Of a DNA stretch of 64,000 bases, positions 38,398 through 48,034 are shown piece after piece; position 1 is the first letter of the stretch, and each line of letters begins with the position of its first letter. Source of the DNA: Setoptus koraiensis (taxonomy: Eukaryota > Animalia > Arthropoda). The stretch is from NCBI GenBank assembly GCA_048013815.1, contig CM106586.1, forward strand, positions 7,316,001 through 7,380,000, read 5' to 3'. The translations under genes and the position numbers were made by a program. The notes under the pieces were generated by a model, which was not told the DNA's origin, ran no database searches, and saw only the letters and a list, made by a program, of their open reading frames with translations.

Positions 38398-41300
38398 CTG
38401 CGGATAGTGGGATGTAAACAAAACAATATCTTCCAAGAATGTTCATACTCTGTGTTATATTCAGCAAATAGTTGGCATCTACATTTTCAGATGTCTAGTC
38501 CAATCAAAATACTAGTATAGAAGGGTTTATACTAGTTATTATGTATGTATTTATATATATCGATCTTTTGATACACACATGTATACTAGTGCTCTTCATT
38601 CAGGGGTGTCTGACCACGCCGTGTATGAGGTGTTGTTTCTACTTGGGTATAAGAGTTTAGGCTAGATAATATTATTATATATTTCAAAGAAAAACAATTT
38701 ATTGCACAATGATAATAACTACTATCACCCGAAAGCACTATTCCTCTTTTGTTTGTGTTTTTTTTACACAAACGAATAATGCAATCACATTATTAATTAA
38801 AACTATTTCAAAATTATATTGGCTATCTCGCTATATTGACGTCAACTTTACCTACGACAATAAACTGTGTCTCACACAAGCAAGCGCTGCCAAACATTTC
38901 TTTTTGATAAATGAGGATCGTTGACCTATTATCGCAAACTATTGAGAGTCGTCGATTAAATCAAGTAACTGTAAACTATTTGAGTGAACAATGATATCGT
39001 TCGCTCAAGCGAACAGTAAAGTTACGCTTGAATCTGTATCAATGGATCATTAATCACCTGTCATACTGGCCAACTTTTGTCCGCAGCTAACTAACTGGTC
39101 AACTGATGAAGCATTGGCTAACTTCACGCTTATTGTTTAGTTTCCGAAATCTTAGAAACCTCCATGGATAATGTAATTGAGTATAAGCCACGCTCTTTTG
39201 TTGGCGGTTACAGTAATCTAGCAAAGCTTTGAGAAATCCACCCTAGAGTTGAGTTTATATGCATTGAATGTGGAAAAGAAATAGTAGTTTTAGGTGTCTG
39301 TATTTTTATGTATGATTTGTGTGCTGTGTGTATGTCGTCGATTATCTATAGGACTAAAACAAGAAAAGCAAACTGTATGGTTCAGTTATCTCTCCTTTTT
39401 ACTCTCAAACAATGATTATAATCTGTCGTGTTCAAAAGCTGGCGAAAAAATCGTGCCTTTTCCTCTAAAACAATGGTCACGCCACTTGACATTATGGACA
39501 CTGTCCGGCCGAATACATCTAACAGCTATTTAAGTTGTGTCTGGTCAAACTCTCGTTAAGGTAGTAACTAGTTGGCTTGTTGGCTTGTAATGCAAGAAGG
39601 AAAAACGTCGTAAATTGTTCAACTTTCTCCTCCATATCAAATCACTCATAAAAGCTGATCAGTCAAAAAATTTTGTTTATACTTATGCTTACACAAGCAA
39701 AGTATGTATAAGCAAACTATAGCAACCGCTCTGACACAAGTTAAATCTTTCGATTAAACATTCAAGTTGTTCATCTATCTTGTTCTATCTCATACAACAG
39801 TCCCTGTATCCGTTCACCGTAAAACAATGCGATAAAAACGCAACATTGAGAGTCAGTGAATGAATTTGGGAGATTTTTGTCGGGGATGACTTCGTTGCTG
39901 CTATAAACAGTGGAAGTAATCAAGTAAAAAGAAACATTCCATGAAATATACAATAATAAAAAGAGTCCGGCAACTGTCTGCACTGACAAGCAGAGACAAT
40001 TCGAACATTCGAAGCTAGTCGCTCGGTTGAATTAAATGACCACTTGTTGTTGCAAATCTTTCAAAAAGACTTGTGAATCGTCAAGACTAATTATTTCTGC
40101 GATTCGGAATATTTCAAAAGCTTCTGGCAAACATGTCATATGAAAATCTACACACAGTTGAATCAAACAATTGAACAACGCCTGAGCTAGTTTTTGTTGC
40201 CAGAATGAAGCCAGTATCAGAAATAAACATTCGAACGACATCTATTCATTGATGAATGATCTCCTTAAATAATACACTTATTTTATTTGTGTGTTTCGTG
40301 CGAACATCGAAGAAATTATCCTTCAATCGATCACTAAACCTCTCTGAGATTTTCTTTGATGCCGAGAGAAATGGTACATTGGTGCCGATGGCAACAATTG
40401 AAAAAAGGCCATCTTGTTACTGCACAATTCATTAATAGTATTTGCGCCGTGGATGTGTGTATTTCGTGATCAAGAGATTAAGTCGCAACAATCAAACTCT
40501 GATGGATTATTGATATCTCAAGTGAGTGCGAAGGTGTATAGCTAGAAGAATAATAGATTAGGTGACAATTGAGCTACTTCATTGTGTCGAAGATTTGCTA
40601 GCTAACCGAACTTACAGTGAGAATTTTCTTGGCGTAGCAATCTAAATTTAAGCAGCTTCATATTAGATAACAGTTGAGTTATACATAGTCTCTCTTTTTC
40701 CTATGTATCACTACCACAAAGAAAGGTGGCCGAGCTACCACTAAGGCTCGAATCTGGAACACACGGTTGAACCGTTCTACTCAGATTGCGTCATGAGATT
40801 GCATGGACTTTAACTGCTCCATTCAAACTGTTAGATTATCTTTGTGGGCTACACGACATGAAAATAACAGTAACATGACCAAAATGAGAGAAAGAACGAA
40901 TTATCATGAACGTAATTTGATGTCTCACTTTTTGCACCTGTTCCTACTTAATTAACACATGACTCATGTGACATGAGCGATCATAATCAAGCCAGAAAAG
41001 CAGCTTCTGAAGGTTTGCACGACCCATCATTACAGTTGTTTGGGTCCATGAAGTAGTTCCTGCCCAAAGCATTGGGTACAGCAAGACATGTGTGTGATTT
41101 CTTTCAAAGTACATGTACATACTTGCGTTCGCGGTTTTGAAAGGATTGCTAAAATATCTTTCTGTCTCTTTTCATGTTGTTTACTCCTCCCTGAAAGTAA
41201 CAACAATGTTTGCCCGACCAAATCAAGAGAGAAAGGTCATAATGCGAATCGTTACATTATCAAAGCTGGCTTCACAAAGTACTTGTCACATCTGCAGGAC

Positions 41301-41645
41301 TCCTCCTATGTGGCTTAAACTGCATAACTTGCATCAAGAACAGTTCTAGTATCTACTTTCGTTTTCTCTTTTTCCACAGTCTGATGAAATTCTCGAGATA
41401 GATAAAAGTCAGGTCCACTTGGCTGCCGTTGATTCCTCTAGAGAACGGCGCCAATCGTTAAACAGGTAATTTCATTTTATGTACCTGTAGATAGATACAT
41501 CACTGACTATATTAACGGGCTAGTTTTGCTTCCCGGCAAGTTTAATGACGATTTATATGTCTAGCAGCAACACCACAATTAGCATTCATCAATTTAGATA
41601 TAGCAATAATTAAAATCAACAAGCAACTAAATTGATACCGGCAAG

Positions 41646-42764
41646 ATGCCTGTCATTCGTGTATCGAGACTTTATCTATCAATGGTTGCAATGTTGCTGG
41701 TGTTTGGTTGTGCCTCAATTGTGCAACAAGCCCGGTGTCAGAGACTCACTCAAGACATCTTGAGGCAGCCCAAACAACAGCAGCAACTACAGCAGCCGAC
41801 ACAGATACAAACTCCATCATCTTCGGTGACTTTACCTCCAAATTTTCAGCTGCCACCGGAACTAGCGCAACTAACACCTCAGCAATTGCAACAGTTGGCC
41901 CAACTGAGGGCTCTGCAATTGCAGCAGCAACAACAACAGCAACAACAGCAGCAGCAGCAACAACAACAACAACTTCAACAACAACAGCAACAACAGCAGC
42001 AACAACAACAACAGCCAACACCTTCGTCGTCGAGCCAGCAGGAGCTCAATCAGTTGAGTGCCCCTGGGCAATCGTATGCGCTTGGCGCACCAACAGCTCC
42101 TCAGGTGACCTCGTCCATGTCGGATCAATCTGATCGACGCGACCACGACGGATCTTATCATGAGGCCAACACTGAGCAAGAGGGAGTGAACTCGTCTGGG
42201 GACAATCAGTTCGGTAATAGCATTGGCAACAGGAATGCCAAACCTTCCGCTACTTCGACCCAGAGCTCGACTGCGCCTGCATCGGCCCCAGAATCTTCAG
42301 CGCCAGCCTCGGGAACTAGGTCGTCGGCACCTCAATCTGGCCCAACATTTGAAGTAAATTGGAACAAATGTCCACAATTGGAGCCGAGTGAAAGTGAAAA
42401 AAATAAAAAGACTCAGGTCATCACTAAATGCCTACAATCTGCGCCCATTCCAGCCAACCTAACTAGAGAGAACGTCGAAGCACATAGAGAGCAAATAGCC
42501 ACTTGTGCCTTGAAAGTAGAGGGTTGGTTCGACGATTCTGGAAACTATCGATACGAGAAGGCCGAAAACGAAATCAGGGGTAAGAAATTGGACAGTCAAA
42601 TAGAAATACAAGTATTGAAATTCCATATTGCATGCAAGGAAGAGGCAAGTTCGAAATTCCCTAGAGAGCAAAACAAACTTATAGATCAAGTTCAATTCTA
42701 TCAAGCTTGTATGGATTATTATATAAGTATCGCTTGTGAGATAGAAGTATCGGTAGACAGTTAG
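41646..42764 (+). CDS. Secreted protein: signal peptide, polyQ and S/T-rich linker, C-terminal six-cysteine helical domain resembling chelicerate odorant-binding-protein-like (OBPL) proteins
   Basis: Hydrophobic N-terminus (LYLSMVAMLLVFGCASIV). Cysteine spacing C-X19-C-X24-C-X42-C-X24-C-X8-C, with an OBP-like CALKVEGWFDDSGNY segment and terminal C-X8-C. The coding status is clear; the family call is by pattern only. Confidence 0.6.
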   Translation: MPVIRVSRLYLSMVAMLLVFGCASIVQQARCQRLTQDILRQPKQQQQLQQPTQIQTPSSSVTLPPNFQLPPELAQLTPQQLQQLAQLRALQLQQQQQQQQQQQQQQQQQLQQQQQQQQQQQQQPTPSSSSQQELNQLSAPGQSYALGAPTAPQVTSSMSDQSDRRDHDGSYHEANTEQEGVNSSGDNQFGNSIGNRNAKPSATSTQSSTAPASAPESSAPASGTRSSAPQSGPTFEVNWNKCPQLEPSESEKNKKTQVITKCLQSAPIPANLTRENVEAHREQIATCALKVEGWFDDSGNYRYEKAENEIRGKKLDSQIEIQVLKFHIACKEEASSKFPREQNKLIDQVQFYQACMDYYISIACEIEVSVDS

Positions 42765-42774
42765 ACTGTTGAAT
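42699..42774 (+). repeat. Direct repeat copy A (last codons, stop and start of 3' UTR of the OBP-like gene)
   Basis: 68 of 76 positions are identical to 46227-46301. Confidence 0.95.
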
Positions 42775-42891
42775 CTTAAAGCAGCTAACTTTAACAAGCA
42801 ATTGTATTAATGCAATCAAAACATCATATCAATCACTTGTCAAGTTCAGCAGACAATACAAGTTTTTACTAAAATGATATTATGTGTCAGA

Positions 42892-45800
42892 CTACAAACA
42901 ACTTATATCGTTTTCTTCTGGTTTGTATAATTTACCAAATTTAGCCATATAAATGTGCACAAATTCTTCCGCTTTTTGTCTGACCGCATCATTGCAAGTT
43001 AACTTGTCCAAAGTTTTACAGATTTTCAGTTCTTTTGTCATAACGGCGCCTGTTAATTTCTTGGCAAGAAACCTAAAGTCTTCTTTACTCGTGATTCGTG
43101 CTCGTTTGCAATCAGGCTTGTAGTAGTCTCGCAATTGTCTGACAATTGTTCGACTCATTTCTACCTTAAAGGCTTCCTGTATCTTTCTGGTATCCTTGGA
43201 TAGTGCATTATTGTCTGCATTCGGAGAATCTGACGCGGTATCCACAGATGCTGTATCGGCTGATGCAGCATCAGCACTTGATGGTGGCTTATCGTTGGTA
43301 ATCTGTGTCGTTTGCACAACTGTTTGCTCATCACATCTGGATGATTGTTTGGTAGTTGACGTCACAGTGACTGCAGCATTTTGCGTAGCAGCAGATCTGT
43401 CCAAGTTCAGTATCACAGTTTGGAGACGTTTTGTCTGACGATCAATAGTAACACTTGCAAACCAACTCTGACCGTCCGGTGTAGTATAATAAGATCCAGG
43501 GCAAGGGTATTCTTGATCCATCACTTGCTCAACGGTAAGCTGATCAGTCTTACTATTGTTAGGAAGAGAATCATAGTCACAAATGGATGCGGCCAACTTT
43601 TCATCCATGAAAGAGGCTTCGAGATCATTGGGATCACCGCCAGCTAAAACAATGACAGTTGGAATATTTGTAGGTTCAGGTATAATATCTTCTTCCATTG
43701 GGGGCTCATACAAATGTGAATCATAGTTTCCACCAACATCATAAATAACATCTTGATAAACTTGATCTTGGCTTTGGCTGCCCATAGGGGACAGCCAAGA
43801 GTTTTGTTGAAAATGGTTTTCATGAATCATGGGCAAGCCGGGAATTGCTGACTCAGATGTTGGAGGAACCGCTGCGACTAGAGGTTGGGCTGAGACATCT
43901 AGAATGTAGGGACTGTTATGACCCAAAGCCATGGCGGCTGCGGCGTTACCAGGAAATTGTTGATAAAGCGTTTGGTAGGTGTAAAGAGCGCCGTATTTTT
44001 GCCACCACTCCTGATAGTCTCTTTGGTAAACTTCCATCTCAAATTGATGCCTCCTTTCCTCCTTGCTGATTTTAGGTGGTGAGGGTGCCTCGACATTAGT
44101 TAGACTATCAAAGTGCCTCTTGTTTGTGGGATTTTCCCTTCCAGGAGCCGTGAGAGGTCCATATGATTTGAAAGGCGTCGTCCTGACGAAACGCTTGCTA
44201 CCGAATTTATCGTCTTCAAGCTTATTGGGGCTATCGTGTGCTTTTCTGTCTGCTTCCTTCTCATCCTCGTACCTCTTCTGACGCTCTAGCCTTGGTATCC
44301 TAAAAACCTCCTTGAGATCTTGCCATTTTCGTATCAATTTGGAGGCTAGCCCCCTTATATTAGGAGGTGGTGTTTGGGCTGCAGGCACAGGCAGTGATGA
44401 CGGGGGTGTAGATGGTGGGGGCGTGCAAGGTGGAGGGGTAGATGGTGGTGTAGACGGCTGAGCAGTTGGCTGAGTTACAGTTTTCTTTCCTTGGTTTGTA
44501 TTATTGCTAAGTAACTGCTGATCGGGTTTAGTAGTAGTGAAGGATTCGGCATTCCTTGGAGGTAGTTTAACGTCTTCATTCGACCATCTTTCGATGACAG
44601 ATAGTATCTTACTATCAGTCAAGAGATTTCTGTGAGGTATGGGCAATAGATCTAATAATTCAAGAATAGCAGCTTTGAGTGACGTGTCCTCAAGATCAGA
44701 CATCCAGATCCATAACAACTGCAAGCCATGGTAGTCCAGAAATAATTTTAGAAGTGTCTCATCTTTCGTGGCTTTGACTATATCAATTAATTTATGTCTA
44801 TTAGGAGCATCCTCCGCGCGATTCATTAGCCTACCTACTTCAATTACTTGTTGTCTATTTTTCAAACCTCCGGAATCAGATAATTTAATTATTTCTTCTT
44901 CTAAAGCTAGATCCTCAAATAGAAGACTATTCCTAATATCAATCTTGGATGATTTACTGATTTTATGATTTTCTTTATGTTCTGCATTTTTAATGCTTTG
45001 TTTAGATGATTTGCGTGATCCATTGAGAGTAATAGAGGACTCTCCAGTACCACCAATATATCCCCTACAAGAGGGAGCTTCACAATAACATTTTTGAGCC
45101 TTCTTACCGTATCTCTGAAACTGATAATCAAACGTAACTTCCTCACCTGCTTCAAGGTGTTTTTTGGTGAAAAAACCGATTCTGAGTTCACCATTGACGG
45201 TCCATTTTTGTGTCTCACAATTTGGCTCACAACTGTGATTTATAAACCTAGTCATATTGCCTTTGATAGTAGCGTCTATAATTTCATCACTACGCAACGC
45301 CATAAAATAATGGTGCTTGATCTTTTGTTTGGAGTACTTTTTTACCCTATGCTTAAATTCCTGAGGTTGTACAACCTCACCAACATACTCCATTATGAAT
45401 GCATTTGGTGGTAAACTAGTCATTGTGCGTAGACCCCAACCTTTTTTGTGTGTCTTGAATACTTCTACTTTGGCAGACTGGTGTTTCTGGAATCTTTTAT
45501 TAAGACAGTGATCACCAAGGGTACATCTATTGCCACATTCAATCATGAGCATTCTGTTTAAACAATCATCGGCGCATCCCATAATATTTCTAGATCGTTC
45601 CTCTCTGGTTAGTATACAATCACATACCATCCTCCTAGCCTCTTTTCTGCTACGAGATTGTAAATCCGTACGCTCAAATAGGTACAAATTTTCGACGATT
45701 TCCTCAAATGTTGGAGGTGGTGTCTGATGATGATTTTGGTCATGGTCATGAGGAGGATTTTGTTTTTGGTCAGAGGGAGGTAGCGGCGGCGCAAAATTAT

Positions 45801-46209
45801 GGTGGTTGTGATGATTCTGATGATGATTATGATTGTTATTAATATGATTGTGATGATGATGGTTAGCAGTATCAGAAGTATCATTCTTACTGGGGTCCAC
45901 TGATGAATTGTTGTTTTTAATAAAATTGATCAGGGTGGTATTCGTTGAATTGTTATTATTGTTACTGTTACTTTTGTCTTGTGTAGAGTTAATGTTATTA
46001 GCGATACTGTTGTAGCTATTACTATCAAAATTGTTGATACTATTACTACTACTTGTAGTAGGTAATGGACCAGTTAGACCAGCCAAAGAAGCAGAGGACG
46101 AAGAAGAAATATTATTACTATTGTAAGATACAGATTGGGATAGGCCACTCTCTAATTCGCTCTTCCTTCTCCATCTTGATTTAAGCTTCACCGATTCCAT
46201 GATGGCCAT
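42892..46209 (-). CDS. SETD2: Histone H3K36 methyltransferase SETD2/Set2, 1105 aa, single open reading frame
   Basis: AWS domain (CDC...GCADDCLNRMLMIECGNRCTLGDHCLNKRFQ), SET domain (KGWGLR...RFINHSCEPNCETQKWTVNGELRIGFF...DYQFQRYG), post-SET (CYCEAPSCRGYIGG) and C-terminal SRI domain (FKVEMSRTIVRQLRDYYKPDCK...KEDFRFLAKKLT...YMAKFG). Confidence 0.97.
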   Translation of the reverse strand: MAIMESVKLKSRWRRKSELESGLSQSVSYNSNNISSSSSASLAGLTGPLPTTSSSNSINNFDSNSYNSIANNINSTQDKSNSNNNNNSTNTTLINFIKNNNSSVDPSKNDTSDTANHHHHNHINNNHNHHQNHHNHHNFAPPLPPSDQKQNPPHDHDQNHHQTPPPTFEEIVENLYLFERTDLQSRSRKEARRMVCDCILTREERSRNIMGCADDCLNRMLMIECGNRCTLGDHCLNKRFQKHQSAKVEVFKTHKKGWGLRTMTSLPPNAFIMEYVGEVVQPQEFKHRVKKYSKQKIKHHYFMALRSDEIIDATIKGNMTRFINHSCEPNCETQKWTVNGELRIGFFTKKHLEAGEEVTFDYQFQRYGKKAQKCYCEAPSCRGYIGGTGESSITLNGSRKSSKQSIKNAEHKENHKISKSSKIDIRNSLLFEDLALEEEIIKLSDSGGLKNRQQVIEVGRLMNRAEDAPNRHKLIDIVKATKDETLLKLFLDYHGLQLLWIWMSDLEDTSLKAAILELLDLLPIPHRNLLTDSKILSVIERWSNEDVKLPPRNAESFTTTKPDQQLLSNNTNQGKKTVTQPTAQPSTPPSTPPPCTPPPSTPPSSLPVPAAQTPPPNIRGLASKLIRKWQDLKEVFRIPRLERQKRYEDEKEADRKAHDSPNKLEDDKFGSKRFVRTTPFKSYGPLTAPGRENPTNKRHFDSLTNVEAPSPPKISKEERRHQFEMEVYQRDYQEWWQKYGALYTYQTLYQQFPGNAAAAMALGHNSPYILDVSAQPLVAAVPPTSESAIPGLPMIHENHFQQNSWLSPMGSQSQDQVYQDVIYDVGGNYDSHLYEPPMEEDIIPEPTNIPTVIVLAGGDPNDLEASFMDEKLAASICDYDSLPNNSKTDQLTVEQVMDQEYPCPGSYYTTPDGQSWFASVTIDRQTKRLQTVILNLDRSAATQNAAVTVTSTTKQSSRCDEQTVVQTTQITNDKPPSSADAASADTASVDTASDSPNADNNALSKDTRKIQEAFKVEMSRTIVRQLRDYYKPDCKRARITSKEDFRFLAKKLTGAVMTKELKICKTLDKLTCNDAVRQKAEEFVHIYMAKFGKLYKPEENDISCL

Positions 46210-46226
46210 AGACAGGGTAGAATTTT

Positions 46227-46301
46227 TATCAAGCTCTTATGGATTATTAATAGGTATCGCTTGTGAGATAGAAGTATCAATAGACAGTTAGACTATTAAA
46301 T
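46227..46301 (+). repeat. Direct repeat copy B (degenerate copy of the OBP-like 3' end), just upstream of the SETD2 ATG
   Basis: 7 substitutions and a 1-nt deletion relative to 42699-42774; weaker similarity extends to 46208 versus 42681. Confidence 0.95.
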
Positions 46302-48034
46302 GATGATGTAGCAAACGATAATCAATAAATTTGTATGACATTCGCTGAGGATTTTCTTCATAAATATCTAAGTAGGATTGGTCGTATCTATCTTCCAGAC
46401 TGTGTAGAAATGTTAAATAATACATTCAAATATATATATATATCCAAGCTCGTTGTGCGTTTCGCGCAGCACCAAAAATACACACATACCCACAATTACT
46501 ATTTGTATTATACTGCGTGCGACTTTTTCTAAAACGATATTTCGAGTGCTTGAAAATTCCGCCAGGGGCGTGTTGGGCACACACGTAAAGCACACTGAAT
46601 CCATGAGTGTTACAATTAAATGTTCGATATTCCAAATCGATCCATGAAACACAGTAGTGAACAACAAAGTACAAAAACGTTTTGGACGCTAGGTGCGCAC
46701 CCAGTTTTGTCTGGCATATCAGGCTTCTACCCAAGTTGTTCGAACGAAACTGGCTGCTGCAAATAGAAAGCAAATTAGCGCCGCCCTATCGTATTTTTTC
46801 AATACTAAACCTGCCAGTGGAGAAAAGGTTGCATTGTATAGTCGAATAAAATAAAATGCGTTCGATGCTGTGAGAACAGTTTTTTTTCTGTGCAAAACAA
46901 AAATCAACTCTCGCTTTCTTCTATTTGCTCAAATACCCCTGCCTGGTCCTGTTGTGAACAAAACTTGTATGATCATCCGATGAGAAACCATTAGATTCAC
47001 GAGGGTACTGAACGCAGCCATGGGCATTTTGCCATATCATACCATTGAACCAACGAGCCAACTTTTACTCATGACTCATGTACAACCAATGGCCGTGCCA
47101 GACCATTGAACACTGCGTGTGCTTCAAAGCTTGAAATAAGTATGGCCACAGGGTGCATTCATACTCCACTGTGCGTGTGCACGAACGCCAGGGTACGCTT
47201 CACATGATGTGCACCCAAGAAAACTTTGCAAAAATACCCAATCGAATTGAGAATTCTCTTTAAAAGTCCCGCTCCGGAAGACACATGTTGACGCATGCGT
47301 TGTCTAACATCTCGCGCAATAAGTCGACTTTCTTGTCGTCTCTCTCCCTCCAACGCACTCTATAAGCTTTCTCGCTGTATCAGTGCTACCGCTGCCGCGA
47401 CGATGCTCCTGCTCCCTGCTCTTGGGGTATCTGGTGACTAATGCAGAAGGCAAAGCCAGTTCCTCGGTTCTGTACACATACACTCGCTTTAACAAACATT
47501 CGTCACCCTGGTGGACAGATTGAATTTATTTATGCGCAGAAGTACAAAACCGACATGAGCACTCGATATATGTGTGCTTTTTTTTGAAATCGGCGCTCAG
47601 TTCTACGCATATAATTCTCATTTTCTCTACTGGGGTGTCGAGTGTTTGTTGAAGCAGCTCCATGTAAGCATACACACACGCACACATACACCAACTCTGG
47701 TACACACGAACACACACACACTCAAACATACGGAACTCTGCCTTGGAGACACACGGACGCGCACACAAAATACTGTACTGTTGCGGTACAGCAGCGAATT
47801 GCTATCGCATAGGCACACATGCACATACATCCTTGCATACACATGCACACATTGATGAGCGAATTGCAGAACGCAAAATTCATATCACAACCACGTTATT
47901 AGACGATTACGGCCAAGATACACCAACACCAATACTTCAGTAATATTTAGTAATTAAAATATTTATATTAGTTACTTTAGTTAATCAATTACCAATTATT
48001 CATATATATATACATATATTCAGATTAATAAATC

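Noticed and set aside
42775-42891. Poly(A) scar that would mark SETD2 as a classical retrocopy
   Set aside because: There is no poly(T) tract on the + strand between the SETD2 stop and repeat copy A. Lack of introns is shared by neighbouring genes, so retroposition is not specifically supported.
47376-47480. Stem-rich segment ending in ACA upstream of eIF4A
   Set aside because: No ANANNA H box between the candidate hairpins.
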